64,000 bases of DNA, taken from NCBI RefSeq assembly GCF_022539665.2, contig NC_081334.1, positions 1,488,001-1,552,000 on the forward strand, read 5' to 3'. This DNA is from Daphnia carinata (taxonomy: Eukaryota). Under the pieces are notes generated by a model. That model saw nothing but the letters and a program-made list of their open reading frames with translations, did no database searches and was not told where the DNA came from. A program made the translations under genes and the position numbers. Shown one piece after another: positions 47,962 through 59,217 of the stretch; the first letter of the stretch is position 1; each line of letters starts with the position of its first letter.

Positions 47962-49985
47962 ATGGCGACAGAGTCTGTCCAGTTTAATAGCGAGACGCCT
48001 ACACCAGAAGTTTCAGTTCAAGTGCTAGGCGGAGAACAGTATTTGGTTAACTTAGATGGCGAAGAATATTACGAAAATCAAGTTTCGAACAGTGAGGTAA
48101 ATTTGGAAAAACAGACAAAGTTTCTGAAATCATGTCATTTAAAGTAAATCCTTGGCATTGCTTGTCTTACTTGTCTTACTTGTACTAAAATGATGCATTT
48201 ACTTCTTTGTACTGTACTTTCAAGCCAGTTGTGCTAAGGGCCTTGCGGAGAGACTTTACCAAATATTGCTAAATTTATGCAGGAATCCACATTCACACAT
48301 GAAGAGATGCACAAAAATCATATGTCAAACATTCACAGCTGGACATCAACTTCTCAAGAAAAAGGGCACTTGAAGAATCAAGGGCAAGCTTGGAAACAAG
48401 GAGTTTGGAACAAAGAAGAAACCCAACAACTTAAGCAAAATATACTGGATTATTGTGATGTAAGTTATATATAACTATATAGATTTAAAGCCTTTGAAGG
48501 TATAATAATTTGGCCTAACTTTTTTAGACTTACTCAATAAAAGACCCATGTGAAATAATTTTTGAATCTGGAAAAGAAAAGCGAAAAAATTTCTATAAAA
48601 CTATTGCAAAAGGAATCAACAGACCATTGTTTGCTGTTTATCGAAGAGTGGTGAGGTATGCATCACCAGTGCCCTTTTGTTAAAATGATGATAAACAGAG
48701 TTGGCATTATTTTGTGTGCCCTCTTTCTGCTTTCAGGATGTATGATTCAAAGAATCATATAGGAAAATACAGCACGGAAGAATTAAAAAAGCTGCAAGAA
48801 CTTAGGAAGGAATATGGGAATGACTGGCAAAAAATAGGTTTAGCAATGGGACGTTCTGCAGCATCCATCAAAGATAGATGCCGTCACCTTAAAGAAGATT
48901 GCAACGCGGGTTGTATCTTAGACATACGTCAATAAACCTAAATTTAAAATTTAATAGTGTTCATCTAATAGGGCCTTGGATAGCGGAAGAAGAAGATCTT
49001 CTGTTCGAAGCTGTTTTTGCCTTTACCCAATGTCTACCGGGCGAAAATCCGGTAGCTGGTATACCTTGGATTCAAGTTGCTCATCGTGTAGGAAGCCGTA
49101 GTGAACGACAGTGCAGGAAAAAGTGGCTAAGCTATTGCAGCATAAAACGAACTGGAGCTGTAGAATGGAACGACGAAGACGAACTTCATCTAATAAACAG
49201 GTTCTTTAATTTCCATACAATCTTACAGTTTCATATATTTAAAGAATTGTATGTATTTTATTTTTTTACGAACAGGTTAACTGAGCTGGACAGTGATAAG
49301 GAGATTGCTTGGGCCGACCTGACACAATCCTGGCCGCGGTCTTCCGTTCGATCCCATCAATGGTTGAGAGCTAAATGGAAAAGGCTAAAGAGCTCGGTGA
49401 AAGGCAGTGACAACCTAAGTTTAAAAGGTAGTTAACAACAATAAGTGCATAGCTTTTGCATCAAATGATTATCATTTTAAATTTAGAAATTTGCAGTCAG
49501 TTGAACATGAGACACAATCGTGTCGGAACCTCAATGGTAAACGAAGAAAATTATCAGTCCAGTATTGCACGTGCTAGCGGAGTTCTCAGTGTAATTGAAA
49601 TTGTTTCATCTGCGTCAATCAATGCACCTATCGGTGTAAATTTCAGCGTGGGATTTGGACAACCGCCAGTCGTTCTCAATTCATCCTGTAAGTCCCCTTC
49701 TTTCTTTCATTCATAGAAATAGATTTTTAGCATAGTGTATATCTCGTAGGCGTAACCAACATTCCGATGTACCTCTGTACGCCCAATACGGCGGAGGGCT
49801 GTTCAAGTATTTTGTCAAGGGCCGAACGACACGATATTGAATTCGCCAATAACGTAAGACAGAACGCTGAAACAGGCAATGACAGCGTGGCTGTAGTTCA
49901 TTTGGATTTGGATGGAGGAGAAGAACCGGCCGTCACAACGGACGTGATGTTTAGTGGTATGCGTCTAGAAACCTTATTAGCTTAG
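47962..49985 (+). CDS. DMTF1: Cyclin-D-binding Myb-like transcription factor 1-like
   Basis: WKQGVWNKEETQQL, KRKNFYKTIAKGINRPLFAVYRRVVRMYDSKNHIGKYSTEE, YGNDWQKIGLAMGRSAASIKDRCR, Myb repeat GPWIAEEEDLL..WIQVAHRVGSRSERQCRKKWL and SVRSHQWLRAKWKRLK. Confidence 0.9.
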
Positions 49986-50182
49986 GCTGTTCTGCTTTAC
50001 CGTACTCGATTGTTATTGATAAGCAGGTAGTTCTCTCTGCTCACACGGAAGCCCGCTAGGGTTCGTGGACAAAAGCGATCAAGAATCGGAACATTCTCAC
50101 GCAAGCAAATGACAATTTGTGATTAGTGGGTAACATTGGCTCTCGAGCAAATTCATTCCGTTCCTTGTATTCCTTACATATT

Positions 50183-51928
50183 TTATGCGAAATAGCTTTG
50201 CACACTGATAAGTGCCAAAGCTATGATTAAAGAGAGAGTGCAAGAGGAAAAAGGTGATTCTGCCCGACTTGCATAGATCTGGGATGGTGTACACCATGCA
50301 TTCAAAAATAACTGATTTAACTCTTTATAAACGACTTGCGCTTCAACGGGACAGCTGGTGGTGTAACCGTGGGTGCAGTTCATATGGCTGGCCAACGCCC
50401 TGTTAAATAAAGTACAAACATTTATTTTAAATACAGTGGTTATCTTAGTAAAAGCAAAATATCGATCAGGCTTCTCAGTCAAATCAGTAAAAGCTCGTGC
50501 TTTAGGCCGATTTTCTAATTCAGTTTTGCATGTAACGTCTAATTTTGGATTTAACTAAAAAAGGTGTCTGCAGTTGGTATTATTTCCGCGTTAGATTATA
50601 TGATTTTTCTTTTTTTGTCACAATGTCCAAACCAGACGTTTGTCTCGAATAGTAAGATTCATGTTGCTTGTATTTTTACGACTAGAGCTCAGAGATATAA
50701 ATATCCCAAAGGCAACACATGGCGGTATCATGTGCGCATCTCCTATAGGCTACAGAGGGTCAAGCAAACGACATGAATAACCCCTATAGCTGTGCCTGCG
50801 TCTTTAATAGCAGATCCACCAATTAAAAAAAATTCACAGACATACGACAACTGAAGAAAGAATACGTAATCCCGAATTTACGAATAATTTGAACTTACTT
50901 GCAGACTTCTGTCCCACTTTGAAGTCTAACGATTCGTTGCCTGTGGATTTTAAATTGCATTTTCATTAATAATAATCTACCATTAAATATTGTCGTATAA
51001 ATTTCACCCACCATATATTCGCTGGAATGTTAGGATGGAAACAAGCCTGGTCTTGAGAGCCGGCTTGCTGACGAGCAGTCTCCAAGCAGTTGAAGGCATT
51101 GAGCAATGCTGTTTAGCAGGACGTTGTTCAAATTTAAGAATAACTCATAGAAATGGCTTTAATTTTGGCTTTACTTCGAAATCGACCGCGAAGGTGTTCC
51201 GGCGTACACACCCAGTTGATGGATTTACGAAGTGATGCTACCAAATGCCGGAATGGGAAAAATTCGTTGTAATAATAGCATTCAGGTTGAAGATCTTCCA
51301 AACATTCTACAACTTCTCCAATGCGACTAAAATTAAATAGAAATACCGAAAATAGCGATTTGTTTTGTCGCAATTAAAACTTACTGGCATTGATCTTCAA
51401 GTTCGGGCCCGTCTAGTAGTAACACTTTATCCTTTTGATTGCTGACCAAAAAGAAAGATGAAAATTAACAATTGCCCACTAACGATTTAATTTTTCTCGT
51501 GAAACAAACCCTCGTTTTTTGGGAAAGACTATGGCTTCGATAGAAGGAAAATCTCTTTCTAGGTAGGTGTGGAGGCAGTCAGCTACATAGCTGGAACCGT
51601 TTGCGCACGAAGGCTCGGATTTCGTTGTTGCTAAGAAAACTGTTTGTTGTCGTATAGTCCAAAAGAAAAACGCAATTAGCTGTTGAAGTCATCCAAAGAA
51701 TTTGGCGCCAGACAAGAGCTGTGGTATAGACGCGTTCAAAAGAGTCGTGATGACGGCCAATAGCCGTTAGCGATGTTAGTGCTTATATGGCACTGCCCCG
51801 TTACTATTCACGGGATGGCATCAGACAGTACAAGTCTGCCTGTATCAAGTCAAATTTCATAAAATATTTCCCTCACCTGTTAACGCTAGAAGTACCGCTG
51901 CACAGTGAAATTTCGTGTGCCACGCCAT
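50183..51928 (-). CDS. Uncharacterised Cys-rich secreted protein with hydrophobic C-terminus (likely GPI-anchored), 7 exons, ~250 aa
   Basis: Phase-consistent splicing gives MAWHTKFHCAAVLLALT|VFLATTKSEPSCANGSSYVADCLHTYL..|..EDQC|HRIGEVVECLEDLQPEC..WVCTPEHLRGRFR|TLLNAFNCLETAR..|WQRIVRLQSGTEVC|KALASHMNCTHGYTTSCP..FLNAWC..SLIIALALISVQSYFA*. Confidence 0.8.
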
Positions 51929-52941
51929 GGTTACGTAAACACAGCTGTGTCTCACAAAAGCAGCAAAACAAGGGTTGACGTAATTTCGGAGCCAGACATC
52001 GAATTTTATTTTATCCTTTAGTCTGGAAGGGTAGACATCACCCTTGTAATTTCACTGCCAAAAATCGTTCCATAGAATTAGTGCACCTCGAAAAATTTCA
52101 CCAGTAAATCGATAGCACTATCAAAACAAATTTTACATTTAAAAAATGAGACGTCAGTATTCTGAAGCGTAAGCAAACGACACGTCCGCTCACAACCACA
52201 ATGTTTCCGTCTCTGAGGGACTTGATAAGAGCTACACAACAAGTCAAACTTGCGGTCGAAAAATACCGCATGCCTCTCTACGCCCACGCACGTGTGTCAC
52301 CCGAAGCGATGTTAATGCAGACTATCTGTTTAAAAACAAAAAATTCCAGCTGACTAAAGCAATAATGGGTGTGGTTCCATCTGGACAAACACGTCAAGCG
52401 CATCTAATTATATTGTAGACTGATGAATTCTTCGCTCAAAAGCCTATTTTTGACTTATATCTAGAGAGATAACAAGAATAATGGAACCTTGAATATTTTT
52501 AATACTTGATTGATTATGCAATGTTATACAGCCATACGAAAATCGTAAACTGGTTGACATTTTCATCATCAATCAAATGTAATTTAGTATCAAGCCCAAT
52601 TTAGTAAGCATATGAGAAATGTTGCGTCGCATGTCAAAGGAAAACGCCGGCTACCCTACAGGGCATAGATATATTGTACCAATATTTGAAAGCAAGACAG
52701 CAATTGGTGATGTCTAAATCAATTTCTGTTCCTAACTCATGGCTCGAAGACTAAAGAAAGCGACCTATAAATTCTCAAATCATTGGATTTAAGATGGATT
52801 CGATGTAAGAAATCCTCCTTTTTATAGGATAGTGACTGTTAACCAATTCAAGACGATAGCTGCGAACTTGTATCTCTCCCACCAGTTAATACTAGTTTAA
52901 TCAACAAAGTTAACTTTGCTAATAAGCAACAGCTTTAGTGA

Positions 52942-54277
52942 ATGGCAGGGATAAAAAAAAATTTTAATTGCGGGAAGCTGTGGCATTACATTCGATCTTC
53001 GAAAGGAATTCTTGCCGGTTTGGTACTAGGCTTTTTGGCCACTCAGCTTTTAGCACCATCTTCTTTATATGAATCTTTCGAAAGTGAACTTCGTCGACAG
53101 CCAACACTTTTGCAGACGAAAACTTCGAAGCCTCAAATGAGACATTGTCGCATTCTCTGCTGGATTACTACTTCCCCCAAAACCCACTCCAGAGCACAGC
53201 TAATCAAGGAGACTTGGGGAAGACGATGCGACAAGTTATTGTTCGTGAGTTCCGCGCAAGGTATTTGATTTTCTATCCAATCGAAATTATAGCTTACACA
53301 ATAACGTTTTGAAATTTTGAAGGTTAATTCATTTTCTAAGATAATTCAAAATAACTAGATGATAGGTTGCCGGACGCTGTCGTTTTACCGATGAACGACA
53401 CGTACGAAAATCTGTGGGGAAAGACTAAAGAAGCTCTCAAGTATCTTTACCACCATCACTTGGATGACGCTGAATGGTTCTACAAAGCAGATGACGATAC
53501 GTAATGGCATTGTTTAAACATTTAATTTTTGTATCGTTAAACAAATTTCATTTTTCTTGCTTAGGTATGCTGTGTTGGAAAATATGCGCTATTTGCTTTC
53601 GTCTTTCAACTCTTCTGCAGCTATTCATCTCGGCTTCAAATACAAAAATCCTAATGTTCAACAAGGATTCATGTCTGGCGGTTCAGGATATGTTTTGAGC
53701 AAAGAAGCTATCCGGCGATTTGTTGAAATTGCTCTGCCAAAAATGAACTCGTCAGACAGTAGCAGCAATACCAGAGGCAGCTTGTGCGTTTCCGGCCCCA
53801 AAGGACACGAAGATGTCAATTTGGGTATTATTCGACACTTCTACCTTTATTATTCGCTGATTTTCTATTGTAAATCCAAATGTTTTTTTTCTGAAAGGAA
53901 GCTGCTTAGAAAACGTAAACGTGACAGCTGGTGATTCTCGGGATGAAAACAAGTTAGAACGCTTCTTGCCTTTAAGTTTGAATAGTATGATAAAGTTCCC
54001 TACTGACACATTCTTGCAACAGTGGGCGTTCTATCCCATTAGACAAGTAAGTACTTTTATTCCAATAAACGCAAACAAATGCTACGTTAATTTTTGTGCA
54101 CAGTTTGAAATGTGTCGATAGTGATGTCACTAACCAACACTTTTCTTGCTTCGTCGCCAGGGTATGGAGTGTTGTTCACCTTACGCAGTTTCTTTCCACT
54201 ATGTCAAAGAGTATGAGCTTAAGGTCTATGAGTACCTAATCTATGGCCTCCGTATTCACAACTACATTGAACCTTGA
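52942..54277 (+). CDS. C1GALT1: Core 1 beta-1,3-galactosyltransferase (T-synthase)-like, GT31 family, 5 exons
   Basis: Type II TM anchor, [53 protein letters not shown] (DDD motif), [28 protein letters not shown] and [12 protein letters not shown]. Orthologue versus paralogue cannot be decided from sequence. Confidence 0.9.
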
Positions 54278-55297
54278 AATATTGAACGATTCTACCTCTG
54301 CGAGATTCGAAACAAAATTTGGAATGGAAATTTTTTTTTACGAATACGCAATACAATGTTTAAATGTGAAAGTTCAATTGGATAGTGAAGCAGTGTCATC
54401 GTCTTAGTCTTCACTCGTTTCCCATGGATTAAACAGTAGTATTTTAAAGACGTTAACTTGCAAAAGCTAACAGTTGTATCAATCATCTATTGTAGTACAC
54501 AAAAATAGCAAAAGTAACACTCTGCAACAGTTCAGAAGTTTCACAAGGAAAGTCATGCGAAGCCAAATTTTTGCTATATTTAGCTTTTGTTATATTATTT
54601 AGTCAGTTTTTAGTCGGCAATTTCAGAACGGTACTAAGGAGCGCCTTTTCACCTGTTTTTTTTTATAGACAACTCCTGTCTCTAGTTTACTATTTACTTA
54701 GGTGATTTTAGAAACGATCCTGGAATCTACTTTCCAAAAATAAGGCACCATTCATTTAGAAACCGAACTTGAATTTCTCTTCCCCATAAACGAAAAAAGC
54801 TCGACTAAAATTTTGATTCAGAATTCGATGAAATCTCCTGTTTAAACCAAATTAAACGTCTATTTCACATTTGAAAGTGAAGATCTTCGTCAAGTATTGA
54901 ATAAAAATCTTGTATTTGATAACAACATCTAGGTTTTTGGAAAAAAAAAAGTCGGGCTTATTTTTTGTCACCAACGGGCCATGTTACTGGTGGCGTTCGT
55001 AGCGGTATTTTGAGAAACCCTTGCAGGTCTTCTATGCATGTCTCCTTATTTCGTTTGTCTACGGGTCTACCTCTGTTGTTGTGCGTGATTTTATGTTTGC
55101 TGTACACCAAGTGTGATTTGTTAGCAGACGACTTTATCCAATTGAGAAGCTTTTTGACGTGATAATTTTGACAGTTTATAAACTGAAAAAAAAAACCAAA
55201 AACCCAATTTTAAAAAAAGCACTTTCTATACCTTGGTTATGATACCAGTGTTTCAAAAATTATTGTGGGTCAAGTAGTTTGTTATTTATTAGTAACG

Positions 55298-56199
55298 ATG
55301 GGAAACATTTTTAGCACCAAAAAAAAGACCAGGGTTACCGAACAGGATAAAGCAGTATTAGTAAGTTCTTGACGACATTGTCGGTGTACTTTATTTTTGA
55401 AGAAAGCATATGTAATTCAATATTTAAATTGGTATCTCCTTTACTACAGCAACTCAAACAACAAAGGGATAAGCTGAAGCAGTATCAGAAGAAAATTCTG
55501 ACAGTTATTGAGAAAGATAAAGAACTTGCAAGAAAACTTCTTAAAGAAGACAAAAGAGAGTAAGGACAATATCACTTTAAAGAAATTCTAAATACTCTTC
55601 TAGTACAGGATACTAATACCTCAAATTTTAGACGAGCAAAATTATTGCTAAAAAAGAAAAGATATCAAGAACAGCTAGTGGACAAAACAGACAAGCAGTT
55701 GGACACAGTTGAACAACTAGTTCATGATCTTGAATTTGCTCAAGTTGAGATGCAGGTGTATAATTTAGGAACTTTCCTTCTTGAAGGAAACTAACAATTG
55801 CCTGTATTTTAGGTTTTGAATAGTCTAAAGATTGGCAATGAATCTCTAAAGGAAGTCAACAAGCTATTTTCCATTGAGGATATTGAAAAAATTATGGATG
55901 AGACGCGAGAAGGAATCGAAAAACAGAAGGTGCTCATCAGCTTCTTACACTTGTATGATCATGGCTCATTTATTATGTTCTGCTAGGAAATCGATGAAAT
56001 CTTAGCAGGGGCATTGACAACTGAAGATGAAGATGCTGTAGACATGGAATTTGAAGAAATACTTAGACAAAGTCTACCTGATGTACCTAAAATTTCCGAT
56101 GTTGATACATCCGAAATTGAACTGCCTTCCGTTCCGACAGAGGAGCCCAAACCCAAGAAAGAAAAAATCGGTCGAGATCCAGAACCATTAGCAGCCTGA
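55298..56199 (+). CDS. CHMP6: Charged multivesicular body protein 6 (Vps20, ESCRT-III), 5 exons
   Basis: Myristoylation-type start MGNIFS, then RVTEQDKAVL|QLKQQRDKLKQYQKKI, AKLLLKKKRYQEQL, DLEFAQVEMQV, IEKIMDETREGIEKQKEID and MIM2-like ELPSVPTEEP. Confidence 0.95.
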
Positions 56200-56619
56200 A
56201 TTTTTTAAGGTTGTATAATGGGGAATTGTAAGAAATCAGTTCCAATCATTTATCATTTTTACGCAGTCACCGATTTCCTGTATGAATAAATGGAGCCTTT
56301 TATTGGATACAGCCGTGTCCGTCGGGTTATTGACTAATGTTGTTGTTGATTAATTATTTATTTACCCACAGAATATCGATTTTAACGACGTTATGTTTTT
56401 AAAAACTTGCATTGGATTAACTCTTATCGTAAGATATCTTGTTGCCATGGTGGCCAAGGAAATGATGACGCCTTTTGAAACGCAATGACAGAATCCCCAT
56501 CGGAAATATCAATATCTTTAAGAAAAAGCTGGTTTGACGAGAAAACCAAAAATTTTCCTAAAATCATCGTTGATTTCTATGTGTAACGTGTAATTTTTAT
56601 AAAATTCAGAGTAGTACTC

Positions 56620-56965
56620 CTTTTTCGTCAAATTGTGGAGCTTGCAACTAAGCTCAATAAAATAAACCCGACTTTTCCACCAGTTTTGTATTTTCTAATA
56701 ATGCCTTTTTTAAATAAACGGAACAAACGGCAAAAAATGTTAGTGCGCCAGTACGTAATAGCGCAACCGGACAATAATAAAATTATTTTTAAACAACTCT
56801 TTGAGGAAAAAACAGATAACATTTCTTAAATTAGCGTTTAATTTTTAGTATAATGTGTAATTTATGATAGAATTCCAAGTGGTATATTTTTTTCATCAAA
56901 TTGTTGGGCTTGAAAATAAGCCCGACAAAATAAGCCCGACTTTTCCACCAATTTTGTGTTTCTCC
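56620..56965 (+). repeat. Imperfect ~75-bp direct repeat containing a dispersed motif (aataagcccgactttt)
   Basis: 56620-56700 and 56885-56965 share tttttc.tcaaattgt..gcttg.aa.taagc....aaaataa.cccgacttttccacca.ttttgt. The motif recurs at ~60063 (+) and ~54945-54960 (-). Confidence 0.65.
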
Positions 56966-58736
56966 AAAACCTTCAATTTGGCAACGAACAGTTGTGATTG
57001 GGATTCTAAGTCAACGATAATCGTAAAAATTAGCTTCCTACTATTTACGAGATCAGACATTTTTGAAACAATCGGAAAAAAACGGTATTAACTTTGGTAC
57101 AGCATAATCACAACATCAGCGCCACCTGGTATCCACGAGGCAATAGCACTTTCTCAAAGTAGAGCAACCCAAAGCCCCGTGCACGTGGATGCAATAAATC
57201 TTACCCAAGTATTTGGTACAGAACAGTCAAGAACAAATCCACCATCGAAATCGAATTTTGCTTGTTTCTATGTTTTCTGTTGTCTGCAAAACGAAGGTAA
57301 GTACCGTCTATTCCATAATTTAAGACGACATCCTATACATCTCATCAATTAAAATCCTACTCTTTACTTCCTTCTTCTCATATCAGTGAGTAAGAATCAG
57401 CTTCAGGACTGGGAACCCTTAGCAACATACAACAACAAGCCCAAATTCAAGTTGTAAGCACAAAGTTTTGTACAGCTGTGGTTATTCTTGATCCCTATGC
57501 AGTAGGAAATGTGTGACAGGCAAATGCTACCCTAACATCCTATATCAATCTGATAGATAGGATTTTGCCATCCCGGCTTTGTGGCAACTGCTATTTATCT
57601 TCTTATTACATAAGGGTACAAGGATTCTACATTATCCTTGGAGATGTTACAAATAGTAATGCTTTTTCACAGAGTTAGTTTGGTTTTCTAACTTTAATCG
57701 AACATTTGTCATACTAGGCAGCAGACTGCTGAAAGAAGGCAGGATCATGGCAAGCAGGACTTGGGGAAATGTCTACTCCAAGTGTGATGAATAGATATTT
57801 GCCTTCTCACCCAGGCAGCTGCCTCGCCTTTCCGATTACAATGAAGAAGAATCACCACAATAATAGATATTAAAAGGTAGTGCCATATTATTTTTTTTTC
57901 TATTGATATGTCTCTTAAATTACTGATGCATGAGTAGAATTTTCTAGAATTCAGGATCAGGCAGGAAAGATTTGTGAAAAAAGAGCTGCATCCAAGTATC
58001 ATCCATAAGTCATGTACAAAGCAGGTCCACAGGTACTTACATTAATAGATCCCAAAAGACGATGCCTGCATTGGCCAGCAAGTCTTGATTGGTAAAGGCG
58101 CGGCTAATGGTTTAGACATTCGTAGTTAGCCCTACATTCCAAGATCCCCACTGCCAAGGAATTTATGCTAAAGGGATTTATTTCAAACAGTTTTTATTTT
58201 GAAGTGATGCACACAGATATCTTTCTCCATATTATGAGTGGATGTGAGAGTTTGATGGAGACTACTGATACCGGGTATAATTTCGACCTTTACGTTTAGT
58301 GACCAAAACCATAATCTTCATAAAGTTTTATCACAGGTACATGCAGCGACGATTTGTATAGTCCTTGGAAAATCTTTGTTACCAATACGACTCGATAGTT
58401 TGCCTAAGAGCGCCACCAGTGGGCCAAGACCAGCTTTGGCACCGCAATTCGTCATGTCAGGTTAATCTGACTCTAGTTGGAGACATTCTGCCGATGACAG
58501 ACATGATTCAGTTTGTTTGTGCAGGAGATGGTTTTGACCCGACTTCCATGAAAGCCACAGATCGTCCTATGGATTTTCTGGCCACATGTAAGCCATGACG
58601 ATAACAGTTTGAAAACAATTTATTTCCGGTTATTACGTTGTGTTCCATTTCTGAACGAAGAAAAACAAAGCTTTGGTAGATATACGTTTATGTTATGCAT
58701 AGATTGCGTGACAGGTAATATACATTAACGTTTACG

Positions 58737-59217
58737 TAGATGGCGCCGGCAGTAATGTTTGTTGTACATAGTTGGCGCTAGTGGAAAGTACGTTTTCGTT
58801 CGATATAGATGGCGTTAGAGGTAATGGAGTTTTTCGCGCGCTACTAGATGGCGTGTAGTTCCTTGGGGCAAAATGCTTGTTGCTTGCAATGTAGTTTTCA
58901 TCGCATCCACAGATGGCGTTACATGAAATGTTGCTTTCCTCGTGCAAGAGATGGCGCTGGAGAAGCTTCGTCGTGCACTAGATGGCGTCGGAGAACTTGT
59001 AGTTTTCATCATAGATGGCGAAGCAGAACTTGTAGTTTTTATCGCAAACATAGATGGCGTAGAAGAACTTGTAGTTCTCATCGAGCAACATAGATGGCGT
59101 AGAACTTAAAATTTTCATCCCGCAACATAGATGGCGGCAGAGATGTACGTTTTCGTTCATTGATAGCATTAATAGGTAAGCAGTATTGCGCCAAGGTAAC
59201 AACGTTGGTAGACGGCG
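58737..59217 (+). repeat. Degenerate tandem array (~31-40 bp period) with conserved core TAGATGGCG
   Basis: Core or one-mismatch copies start at 58737, 58769, 58806, 58845, 58910, 58948, 58979, 59012, 59051, 59091, 59128 and 59209. Confidence 0.9.

Noticed and set aside
58815..59081. Ser/Thr-rich mucin-like ORF on the minus strand
   Set aside because: It is a by-product of the tandem array. Unit lengths (31, 37, 38, 40) are often not multiples of 3, so the frame is not maintained.
58737..59217. CRISPR array (conserved repeat plus variable spacers)
   Set aside because: The core is only 9 nt, the spacers are related to one another, the context is eukaryotic, and there are no cas genes.
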